Below, piece after piece: positions 1 through 7,644 of a DNA stretch of 17,884 nt (the first letter of the stretch is position 1; each line of letters begins with the position of its first letter). The notes under the pieces were generated by a model. It ran no database searches and was not told the origin of the DNA. It saw nothing but the letters and a program-made list of their open reading frames with translations. The stretch comes from an uncultured Clostridiaceae bacterium (lineage in GTDB: Bacteria > Bacillota > Clostridia > TANB77 > CAG-508). The position numbers were made by a program, and so were the translations under genes. Location of the stretch: NCBI GenBank assembly GCA_905198755.1, contig CAJKDR010000013.1:1-17884 (forward strand), in the 5' to 3' direction.

Positions 1-377
1 GATGTTGTACTCTTTAGACTATCATTTAAGTAGTATTTATACGTATTCGTGTCTGCTAATCCACTCTCTCCATCACTTGCTGATACACTTACTGTTATGC
101 TTTCTGCTGTCACTTCATCAACCACTAATTCTACTGTTGGTGCTTTCTTATCTAGTATTGTTATGCTTGCACTATTTCCCACATTCGTTCCATCTGTTAA
201 TCTTGCATATACTGTATCTCCATGATTTAAGTTGCCTACTGTTACTGGGCTATTTCCTTTTGTCCAACTTCCTGATATACCTCCTACTTGATACTCTATT
301 TGGAAACTTGTTGTCGTTGTTAATGTTATACTTGCTTTTCCACTACTCCATACTGCTGGGCTTGCTGTTATATTTCC
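1..377 (-). repeat. Super-repeat unit 3, partial: module A followed directly by an FN3-like module (KKAPTVELVVDEVTAESITVSVSASDGESGL...)
   Basis: Begins GNITASPAVWSSGKASITL...HGDTVYARLTDG like units 1 and 2, but skips modules B and A'. It is truncated by the window edge. Confidence 0.6.
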
Positions 378-3300
378 TGTTTCTAGCCCTTCTCCTGCTC
401 CTGGTACTGTTGCTGTTGTTTGATTTGTTAATGTTCCTATTCCTGTATTTCCTGCTTTATCTCCATTTACCTCTACTTTTATATCATATTTTGTTCCTTG
501 TGTTAGTCCTGTAAATGTGTATTGCGCATTTGATATATTTTCTGCTCCACTTGGCGCTTTGTAACTTTCGTCTCCTTCTGCACTCTTTTTAATGTAGTAT
601 GTGTATTTTGGACTTGTTACCATTCCAGTTTCATTATCTACTGCTTGGGCTGTTACTGTTATACTATTTGTTGTAGGAGACCCTTGTGCTGTTACTGTCA
701 CTACTGGTGCTATTGTGTCTTCTATTGTGATGTTTACTTCTGGTCCATATGTTGTTTGTCCTTCATTTGTTAAACATGCTTTTACTTTATCTCCATGATT
801 TAATCCTGTTATACTTGTTCCATTATATTCTTGCCAACTTCCTTCTCCATTTACCTTATATACAATTTTGTATTGGCTTTCTGTTGTTGCTAGCTTTAAT
901 GTTGCTGTTCCTCCACTCCATGTTATTTCTCCTTCTTGTGTTACTGTTCCTGTTATTCTGCTTATTGTTATTCCATTTGATACTGTCTCTGTTTTATTTC
1001 CTGCTACGTCTGTTGTTAGAACATGCAAATAGTATGTTCCTTCTGCATTACTATTTAAGGTTATTGTCTCTGGATTGGTTGTAAACTTTCCCGTATAGGC
1101 TGCTGTGTCCTCTGTTCCCATTGCTGATGAACTTGTATTCATTATCCATCCACTTTTTCCTATATCTACTCCACTTTTTATATCTTTGTGTGTTACTTTT
1201 GCTGTTATATTCTCTCCTATTAATATATTTGTTGTATTTAACTCTATTGTTGCCTTTTCTGGCACTTCATTGTCAATTATATTTATACTTGCATATTCTC
1301 CATAGTTTGTTCCGTCTGTTAGTCTTGCATATATTGTATCTCCATGTTTTAGGTTCGCTACTGTTCCGTTATTCTCTATATTTGTCCAACTGTTTGTTTC
1401 AGTTGCATTCTTTTGGTACTGTATCTGCAAACCTGTATTTGTAGCAATTGTTACACTTGCTTTTCCGTCTTGCCATGTTGCAGTTCCAAATGTTATTGCT
1501 CCTTGCTCTATTCCTCCTTCTCCTCCTGGTACTGTTCCTGTATTTTGATTTGCTAGAGTTCCTATTCCTGTATTTCCTGCAACATCTCCATTTACCTCTA
1601 CTTTTACATCATAACTTGTTCCTTGTGTTAAGTTTTTAAATGTATAGCTATTACTTGTTATATTGTTTGCATCACTTGGTGTTTGGTACTTTTCTTCTCC
1701 TTGGTTACTTTGCTTTATTTGGTATGTGTATGTTGAGTTTCCTTTCATTCCACTTTCCTTATCCTCTGCTGTTACTCTTACTGTTATACTATTTGTTGTA
1801 CTTCCTCCTGCTGTTACTGTTACTACTGGCGCCTTTTTATCTTCTATTGTGAATGTATTCTCTGGACCTGTTGTTGTTTCATTGGTTAGCCTTGCCGTTA
1901 TTTTATCTCCATGGTTTAATCCTGTGATTGCTCCATCATATTTTGTCCAACCGCCCTCATTTACTTTGTATTCTATTTCAAATTGGTCGTCTGCTGTCTC
2001 TAGTTCTATGCTTGCTTTTCCATCTCTCCATGTTGTGCTACCTTTTTGGCTTACTGTTCCTGATATTGCACTTATTGTTATTGCACTTGATACTGTTTCT
2101 GTTTTGTTTCCTGCATTATCCACAGTTAATGCATGTAGATAGTATGTTCCTGTTGCACTGCTGTTTAGTGTTATTGTTTCTGGGTTTGTAGTAAAGCTTC
2201 CTGTATATTGTGAAATTACATCTAAACCTGTTCCTACTTCTTCTGCGCTTTGTGTTAGTAACCATTTACTTTGACTGATATTTACTCCACTTTCTCTATC
2301 TATATGTGTTACTTTTGCTGTTATACTTTCTCCTATTAATACACTTTCTGGTGTTACTTCTATATTTGCTTTTTCTGGGGCTGTTGTGTCTTCTATTTTC
2401 TTGTTTTGTATCTCACTGTATTGCTCTCCATCTGTTAGCCTTGCATATACTGTGTCTCCATGGTTCACTCCTGTTACTACTCCACCTGTCACAGTTTTCC
2501 AGTTTCCTTCATCTGTTCCATTTATTTGATATTGTATTATATATTTACTTTCACTTGAAGTTATTGAAACATTTGCTGTTCCATCTTCTTGCCATTGTGC
2601 CTCTCCTATTGTTATTGTTCCTTCTGGTATTGGCTCTGGTTCTGGCTCTATTGTATTGGTTTCTACTGTATTTGTGTCTTCTACTGAGTTAGTTTCAACC
2701 GAATTTGTTTCCTCTCCTCCTGTTGAGTTTGTTTCTCCTGTACCTATTCCTGCAATTATGTCATTTATTTGGTCTGCTACATCATCTAGTTGCTCCTGCT
2801 CTGACTTTGTTGAATTTGCTGTTTGCTCTGCTGCCCATTTTGCTTGGTCTACTAAGCCTCCTTCTCCTAGTGCTACATTTATTGTTACTGCTGCTAATAT
2901 TATCATTATTACTACTGTTAGTATTAGCGCTAATAATGTTATTCCTTTCTCATTTGCACACAAAAAGGATAGATTATTTTGAAAAAAACCTTTGCCTTTT
3001 TTACATCGTTTTTTTCCATAATCCATCCTTTTATTTATATTTCTTACTATATTTTCTATGTTATTTTTATTTTTTTCTATAGATACATATGATACTGCTC
3101 CACCTGATGTTAATTCTTGAAATTCTCCTTCTAATTTTAATCTTTCAATTGTATCAATTTTATCTGGTTCATTCATATAATAAGATTTTTTATAATATCC
3201 TTTATCTGTAACATTTTTTATTGTACCAAATTTTTCTTTATCAGTTTCAGCAAATTTACTTAAAACATGTTTAGATTCTGTAGCATATACATTAAAGCCT

Positions 3301-4832
3301 ATTCCAGTATCCTTCTGCCATTCTTTAGTCTTTGCTTCTAATTTTTTTAATACTTTTATTGCAAAAGTATAACCTTCTTCTTCATCTATTCCTTTTTCTT
3401 TTACAACTCTTGATAGTTCATCTAACCCTACATATCCTAATGATAATGTTGAGTATTTTTTCATTAACAAATCATCGATTTTGTCATTCTTATTTATTCT
3501 TGATATTGCACCATGTTGCCAATGAATTGGGCTAATATTAGAATTTATTCCAAGTAAAGCATAATGTCTGCACATTAGTGCCTCTTTACACAATTCCAAT
3601 TTTTCATCAAGCATTTCCCAGAATTTTTCCTCATCACCATCTGCAATTAGTCCTATTTGTACAAGATTAATTGTAACAACTCCCTGATTAAATTGACCTT
3701 CATTTAAAAATTTTGCTTTTTCCCCAGAAGCATAGCTTGGAGAAGATCTTTTCAAAGTACATTTTATAGCTAATTTTGTTAAGTAATCATATTCTCCTCC
3801 AGATAAATTATTTAATTCATCAAGCACATAAATAAGCTCTGGAAAATGAGGTACTACGAATTCATCATCTTCATTTTTCATACCATTATATGTTTGATTA
3901 AGTACTTCTTCTATTATTATTGAATTTTCTTTTAAATATTCATCATCCTTATTTAACTTTAATATTAATGCAACTTTTGGTGGTTTTCCTGTTGTAGTCA
4001 TTAAAGTATTTATTTGATACAATAATGTTTGAACTCCCGCTTTTATTTCTTTTTTTAAAATATTATTTGAAATTTCAGTTATTGAATTTTCATTCAAGTC
4101 TGATTCATATATCTCTTTTAATTGTTCTTCTATTTTTTTATAACTTTTTTCTATATATTTTCCCAAATGAGATAAATCTACATATTGTTTTCCATATTGA
4201 TTACTAGCTACAGTTGCAATAATTTGTGTTGTTAAAATACATGCAACTTGAAAATTTTTTGGTGGATCTATTCTCATTCCATTTATTACAGTACCATTAT
4301 CTAGCATATCTCCTATATTAATAAAAGACGTATTAAATATCGGTTGTACAAAATAGTCTGCATTATGAAAATATAAAACGCCATCTTCATAAGCCTTAGT
4401 TATTTTTTCTGGAAGCAATAATCTTTTTGTTAAATCTCTAGAAACTTCTCCTGCAATATAATTTCTTTGTGTTGATGCAAGTACTGATGTGCTTTCTTCT
4501 TGTTCTTTATTATTTTTTCTAATTAAGCCTAATATTGATTCGTCTGTAGTATTAGATTTTCTAACTAAAGCTCTCGTATATCTATATACTATATATTTTT
4601 TAGCTAATTCATATTTATCTAATTCCATTAATTTCTGTTCTATTACATCTTGAATATCTTCAACAAGCATTCTTTTTTTCCCCAATGCCTCAATGTAATT
4701 AGTTATATCTTTAATCTCATCTTTTGATGCTCTTTTTTCTGGAATAACCTCATTATTTGCTTTATTTATTGCAATTGCTATTTTTTGTTTGTCATAATCT
4801 ACAGCTCTTCCATCTCTTTTTATTACTTTCAT
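1..4832 (-). CDS. Chimeric ORF, 3' end outside window: ATP-cone + catalytically degenerate NrdD-like domain fused in frame to a basic segment, a pilin-like hydrophobic anchor and a repeat-rich Ig/FN3-like surface region
   Basis: Hand translation of the minus strand. ATG at 4832-4830 is preceded by an in-frame TGA (4835-4833) and by GGAG about 10 nt upstream. The frame (plus-strand triplets starting at coordinates divisible by 3) was checked codon by codon at 4832-4741, 4261-4382, 3661-3780, 2820-3240, 2619-2651 and 3-59, with no stop or frame change. A looser full-length pass also found no stop. The ORF track reports no minus-strand ORF here, as expected for a frame with no stop in the window. 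The N-terminus MKVIKRDGRAVDYDKQKIAIAINKANNEV... is clearly homologous to the adjacent NrdD. Confidence 0.8.
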   Translation of the reverse strand, partial: MKVIKRDGRAVDYDKQKIAIAINKANNEVIPEKRASKDEIKDITNYIEALGKKRMLVEDIQDVIEQKLMELDKYELAKKYIVYRYTRALVRKSNTTDESILGLIRKNNKEQEESTSVLASTQRNYIAGEVSRDLTKRLLLPEKITKAYEDGVLYFHNADYFVQPIFNTSFINIGDMLDNGTVINGMRIDPPKNFQVACILTTQIIATVASNQYGKQYVDLSHLGKYIEKSYKKIEEQLKEIYESDLNENSITEISNNILKKEIKAGVQTLLYQINTLMTTTGKPPKVALILKLNKDDEYLKENSIIIEEVLNQTYNGMKNEDDEFVVPHFPELIYVLDELNNLSGGEYDYLTKLAIKCTLKRSSPSYASGEKAKFLNEGQFNQGVVTINLVQIGLIADGDEEKFWEMLDEKLELCKEALMCRHYALLGINSNISPIHWQHGAISRINKNDKIDDLLMKKYSTLSLGYVGLDELSRVVKEKGIDEEEGYTFAIKVLKKLEAKTKEWQKDTGIGFNVYATESKHVLSKFAETDKEKFGTIKNVTDKGYYKKSYYMNEPDKIDTIERLKLEGEFQELTSGGAVSYVSIEKNKNNIENIVRNINKRMDYGKKRCKKGKGFFQNNLSFLCANEKGITLLALILTVVIMIILAAVTINVALGEGGLVDQAKWAAEQTANSTKSEQEQLDDVADQINDIIAGIGTGETNSTGGEETNSVETNSVEDTNTVETNTIEPEPEPIPEGTITIGEAQWQEDGTANVSITSSESKYIIQYQINGTDEGNWKTVTGGVVTGVNHGDTVYARLTDGEQYSEIQNKKIEDTTAPEKANIEVTPESVLIGESITAKVTHIDRESGVNISQSKWLLTQSAEEVGTGLDVISQYTGSFTTNPETITLNSSATGTYYLHALTVDNAGNKTETVSSAITISAISGTVSQKGSTTWRDGKASIELETADDQFEIEYKVNEGGWTKYDGAITGLNHGDKITARLTNETTTGPENTFTIEDKKAPVVTVTAGGSTTNSITVRVTAEDKESGMKGNSTYTYQIKQSNQGEEKYQTPSDANNITSNSYTFKNLTQGTSYDVKVEVNGDVAGNTGIGTLANQNTGTVPGGEGGIEQGAITFGTATWQDGKASVTIATNTGLQIQYQKNATETNSWTNIENNGTVANLKHGDTIYARLTDGTNYGEYASINIIDNEVPEKATIELNTTNILIGENITAKVTHKDIKSGVDIGKSGWIMNTSSSAMGTEDTAAYTGKFTTNPETITLNSNAEGTYYLHVLTTDVAGNKTETVSNGITISRITGTVTQEGEITWSGGTATLKLATTESQYKIVYKVNGEGSWQEYNGTSITGLNHGDKVKACLTNEGQTTYGPEVNITIEDTIAPVVTVTAQGSPTTNSITVTAQAVDNETGMVTSPKYTYYIKKSAEGDESYKAPSGAENISNAQYTFTGLTQGTKYDIKVEVNGDKAGNTGIGTLTNQTTATVPGAGEGLETGNITASPAVWSSGKASITLTTTTSFQIEYQVGGISGSWTKGNSPVTVGNLNHGDTVYARLTDGTNVGNSASITILDKKAPTVELVVDEVTAESITVSVSASDGESGLADTNTYKYYLNDSLKSTT
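378..1502 (-). repeat. Super-repeat unit 2 (375 aa), same A-B-A'-C module order as unit 1
   Basis: Colinear with unit 1 in the hand translation, roughly 55-65% identical by eye. The DNA differs at many synonymous sites, so the duplication is old. Confidence 0.7.
1503..2621 (-). repeat. Super-repeat unit 1 (373 aa): beta-sandwich module A, Ig-like module B, module A', FN3-like module C
   Basis: Units are anchored on a conserved Trp codon (cca at 2592-2594, 1473-1475 and 348-350; offsets 1119 and 1125 nt). Shared motifs are HGD(T/K)(V/I)xARLT, ITAKVTHxDxxSGV, FTTNPETITLNS, GTYYLHxLTxDxAGNKTETVS, APVVTVTA and LTQGTxYDxKVEVNGDxAGNTGIGTL. Confidence 0.7.
2628..2738 (-). repeat. Low-complexity acidic linker with short tandem peptide repeats (GETNSTGGE-ETNSV-ETNSV-EDTNTV-ETNTI-EPEPEPIP)
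   Basis: Direct translation shows a repeated ETN(S/T)V motif followed by an (EP)3 run. The plus strand shows reiterated gtttc/gagtt motifs. Confidence 0.55.
2868..2942 (-). other. Hydrophobic signal-anchor or pilin-like N-terminal helix (ITLLALILTVVIMIILAAVTINVAL) preceded by a basic stretch (KKRCKKGKG...EKG)
   Basis: Translated codon by codon. A 25-residue hydrophobic run follows Lys/Arg-rich residues. The K-G-I-T-L-L-A-L pattern resembles a prepilin-type leader junction, but Ala replaces the canonical Glu at +5. Confidence 0.6.
3027..4832 (-). other. NrdD-like pseudoenzyme portion (aa 1-602): ATP-cone (about aa 1-95) plus truncated class III RNR core lacking active-site cysteines, Zn ribbon and glycyl-radical motif
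   Basis: Hand alignment to the NrdD at 5428..7614. 69 of the first 100 residues are identical, and colinear similarity continues to ...ELTSGGAVSYVSIEKNKNNIENIVRNINKR. NrdD HNCELVNL corresponds to FNTSFINI (Cys to Thr). NrdD KRMVPDY...PCMGCRSFLTPW...RFNQGVVTINL corresponds to KRSSPSYASGEKAKFLNEGQFNQGVVTINL, a deletion of about 40 aa that removes the Cys loop. There is no counterpart of CQEC...CPNC or RRTCGYIG. Confidence 0.8.
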
Positions 4833-4857
4833 TCACATTCTCCAAAAATAAATTTTA

Positions 4858-5349
4858 CTATTCAAATAAAACTACATTATTTGATTTTAAGCTTTTTTGT
4901 ACATCTATTACTCTTTGATTAGAAGACCCTTTCCATTTTAGAGTTGGATTATGTAGTTCATCTATATATTGTCCATCAACTAATACATCAACATATTTTA
5001 CTACTTCTTTATCTTTTAAATTTTTATCAAATAAGAAGCCTGACCAAATCCATAAATCTTTATTTGGATATTTTTTCTTAAATGCTTTGGCTAATTTAGT
5101 AGTCCCTTCAATATTTTTTGGATGCATTGGCTCGCCTCCCAAAATAGAAAGTCCTCTAATAGTTTCATTATCACATAATTCTAATACTCTATTTATTGTA
5201 TCATCTGTGAATTCTTTTCCTCCATTAAAATCATGTGTTTCAGAATTAAAACAATTTTTACAATTGAATGTGCACCCTTGCATAAAAATTGAAACTCTTA
5301 CTCCTGGTCCATTAGATATATCCATTTTTCTAATTTTATTATATCTCAT
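4858..5349 (-). CDS. nrdG: Anaerobic ribonucleoside-triphosphate reductase activating protein (radical SAM)
   Basis: 163-aa ORF with the CxxxCxxC cluster motif (QGCTFNCKNCFN) near the N-terminus. AAGGAGAG RBS upstream. It lies directly downstream of nrdD. Confidence 0.9.
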   Translation of the reverse strand: MRYNKIRKMDISNGPGVRVSIFMQGCTFNCKNCFNSETHDFNGGKEFTDDTINRVLELCDNETIRGLSILGGEPMHPKNIEGTTKLAKAFKKKYPNKDLWIWSGFLFDKNLKDKEVVKYVDVLVDGQYIDELHNPTLKWKGSSNQRVIDVQKSLKSNNVVLFE

Positions 5350-5386
5350 AAAATATTCTCTCCTTTGAAACTATATTCTATTTTTT

Positions 5387-5417
5387 AAGCGACGCTTGAC
5401 ACTGCAATACGTCGCTT
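5387..5417 (-). other. GC-rich stem-loop in the nrdD-nrdG intergenic spacer (8-bp stem AAGCGACG/CGTCGCTT, 15-nt loop)
   Basis: Perfect inverted repeat at 5387-5394 / 5410-5417. On the transcribed (minus) strand it is followed by an A-run, not a T-run, so it is not a canonical intrinsic terminator. Confidence 0.4.
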
Positions 5418-5427
5418 ATTTAGAAAA

Positions 5428-7614
5428 TTATTCGTCATCTTTATTATCTAAATGTAATACTCTTTCTTTTATTTCTTGTGTTCTACCTTTATTCCAGAAT
5501 TGGCTTCCAATATATCCACAAGTTCTTCTTGCAACATTTAGAGTGTCATGATTTCTATTACCACAATTTGGGCAATACCATTCTAAATTATCATCTATTA
5601 ATATTTCACCATCAAATCCACATTCTTGACAATAGTCAGATTTTGTATTTAATTCTGCATACATGATATTATCATAAATAAATTTTATAACTTCTATAAC
5701 AGCATCTACATTATCTTGTAAATTTGATGTTTCAATATATGATATAGCACCACCTGGTGATAATCTTTGAAATTCACTTTCTAATTTTAATTTTTTAAAT
5801 GCATCTATTTCTTCAAATACAGGTACATGATATGAATTAGTAATATAATCTCTATCTGTTATTCCTTTTATTGTACCAAATCTTTGTCTTAAGCATTTAG
5901 AAAACTTATATGTTGTGCTTTCGATTGGTGTACCATAAACACTATAATCAATTTTTTCTTCTTCTTTCCATTTATTACATTTATCATTTAATTTTTGCAT
6001 TACTTCTAAAGCAAATTCTTTTCCATCACCATTATCTGTATGGCTATGTCCTGTCATATATTTTACGCATTCATATAATCCTGCATATCCTAATGATAAT
6101 GTAGAGTATCCATCATGTAATAATTTGTGAATACTTTCACCTTTTTTCAATCTAGCTAATGCTCCATTTTGCCATAATATTGGTGCAACATCACTAGTAG
6201 CCTTAGCTAATCTTTCATGTCTAGCTTTTAAAGCTTTATGACATAATTCTAATCTTTGTTCATAGATTTCCCAAAATTTATCTTTATCTTGTGATGAAGA
6301 TAAAGCAACATCAACTAAGTTTATAGTTACAACACCTTGATTAAATCTACCATAATATTTTCCTTTTCCTTCAACATAATCTAATGCATTTGAAGGATTG
6401 CCTTTTGTTGTCCATGGAGTTAAGAAACTTCTACATCCCATACAAGGATAAGCATCTCCTTGTCCCCATTGATTTATTTTAGTTTCTTTCATTATTTTCT
6501 CTGAAATATAATCAGGAACCATTCTTTTAGCAGTACATTTTGCTGCAAGTTGTGTTAAATACCAATATTTTGAACCTTCCTTAATGTTGTCTTCTTCCAA
6601 AACATATAAAAGTTTTGGAAATGCTGGTGTAATATAAACACCTTTTGAATTTTTAAATCCTAGTATTCTTTGATTTAAAAATTCTTCTATAATCATTGCA
6701 AGTTCATCTTTATATTCATCTGTTTCTCCTAAGTACATACAAACAGATAAGAATGGTGCTTGTCCATTAGTATTTGTCATAGAATTTACTTGGTAATTGA
6801 ATGTTTGAACACCATCAGCAACTTCTTTCTTAGTATCTTCCATGGCAAATTTTTTGCATTGTTCATCAGATAAATTTCTATTCTTATATTTTGCGTAAAA
6901 TTTATTATAACTATCTCTTACAAAAGGAGCTAAGTGTGATAATGTAACTGTACATCCACCATAACTTGATGAAGTAACAGCTAAAATTATTTGTGTTGCT
7001 ATTGTCATAGCAGTTAAAAATCTATGAGGTTTTTCTATCATTACTCCATTTATTAGGGTACCATTTTGTAGCATGTCTTCTAAGTTTACTAATTCACAGT
7101 TGTGTAAAGCATTTTGGCTAAAATAATCCATATCATGGAAATGAATTATGCCTTCATCGTGTGCTTTTACAACATCTTCTGGTAATAAGAATCTTCTAGC
7201 AATATCTGTACTTGTTATTCCAGCTAAATAATCTCTTTGTGTTGTTACAACTTTTGCATTTTTATTTGAATTTTCAGTATTCCAATATTCACTTTCTCCA
7301 TCAATTAATTCTTTTATTGATTGATCTGTTGTATTTGCTTTTCTTACTAATTCTCTTGTATAACGATATGTAATATATTTTTTAGCAAGATTATACTTTT
7401 CAAATTCCATTAATTTTTTTTCGATTATATCTTGTATATCTTCTACTAATAATCTAGGTTTTCTTAAATCTTCAATATAATTAATAATCTCTTTAATTTG
7501 TTCTTTTGAAGCCTTATCTCTTTTTGAAACTTCTTCGTTAGCTTTACTTATTGCTACTCTAATTTTTTCTGGATCATAGTCTACAATTGTTCCGTCTCTT
7601 TTAATGATTTTCAT
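5428..7614 (-). CDS. nrdD: Anaerobic (class III) ribonucleoside-triphosphate reductase
   Basis: 728-aa ORF with an N-terminal ATP-cone, Cys loop PCMGCRSF, C-terminal Zn ribbon CQEC...CPNC and glycyl-radical motif RRTCGYIG. AGGGGG RBS. Confidence 0.95.
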   Translation of the reverse strand: MKIIKRDGTIVDYDPEKIRVAISKANEEVSKRDKASKEQIKEIINYIEDLRKPRLLVEDIQDIIEKKLMEFEKYNLAKKYITYRYTRELVRKANTTDQSIKELIDGESEYWNTENSNKNAKVVTTQRDYLAGITSTDIARRFLLPEDVVKAHDEGIIHFHDMDYFSQNALHNCELVNLEDMLQNGTLINGVMIEKPHRFLTAMTIATQIILAVTSSSYGGCTVTLSHLAPFVRDSYNKFYAKYKNRNLSDEQCKKFAMEDTKKEVADGVQTFNYQVNSMTNTNGQAPFLSVCMYLGETDEYKDELAMIIEEFLNQRILGFKNSKGVYITPAFPKLLYVLEEDNIKEGSKYWYLTQLAAKCTAKRMVPDYISEKIMKETKINQWGQGDAYPCMGCRSFLTPWTTKGNPSNALDYVEGKGKYYGRFNQGVVTINLVDVALSSSQDKDKFWEIYEQRLELCHKALKARHERLAKATSDVAPILWQNGALARLKKGESIHKLLHDGYSTLSLGYAGLYECVKYMTGHSHTDNGDGKEFALEVMQKLNDKCNKWKEEEKIDYSVYGTPIESTTYKFSKCLRQRFGTIKGITDRDYITNSYHVPVFEEIDAFKKLKLESEFQRLSPGGAISYIETSNLQDNVDAVIEVIKFIYDNIMYAELNTKSDYCQECGFDGEILIDDNLEWYCPNCGNRNHDTLNVARRTCGYIGSQFWNKGRTQEIKERVLHLDNKDDE

Positions 7615-7644
7615 TTTACGTACCCCCTAATTGATTATGTCATA

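Noticed and set aside
1-2900. Periodic DNA similarity that could suggest a CRISPR array or satellite
   Set aside because: The period is about 1.12 kb. The copies are diverged, stay in one reading frame and translate into homologous protein modules. There are no short identical direct repeats with unique spacers.
2-3082. Thirteen plus-strand ORFs from the track (2..514, 601..798, 749..1084, 1105..1305, 1121..1444, 1448..1639, 1640..1852, 1663..2142, 1928..2191, 2306..2692, 2656..2982, 2705..3082), mostly Leu/Phe-rich
   Set aside because: They are antisense to the purine-rich (ACA/GGA/GAA) minus-strand gene. Their low-complexity L/F/S composition, mutual overlaps in different frames and lack of RBSs mark them as shadow ORFs.
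3332-4207. Plus-strand ORFs 3332..3535 and 4025..4207
   Set aside because: They are antisense to the NrdD-like portion of the 1..4832 ORF, whose translation aligns colinearly with the neighbouring NrdD.
3027-4832. Interpreting the second nrdD copy as an ordinary decaying pseudogene
   Set aside because: 602 codons remain open in a very AT-rich sequence. The ATP-cone is 69% identical to NrdD at the protein level with many synonymous differences. This argues for selection rather than decay. It is still catalytically dead and is reported as a pseudoenzyme.
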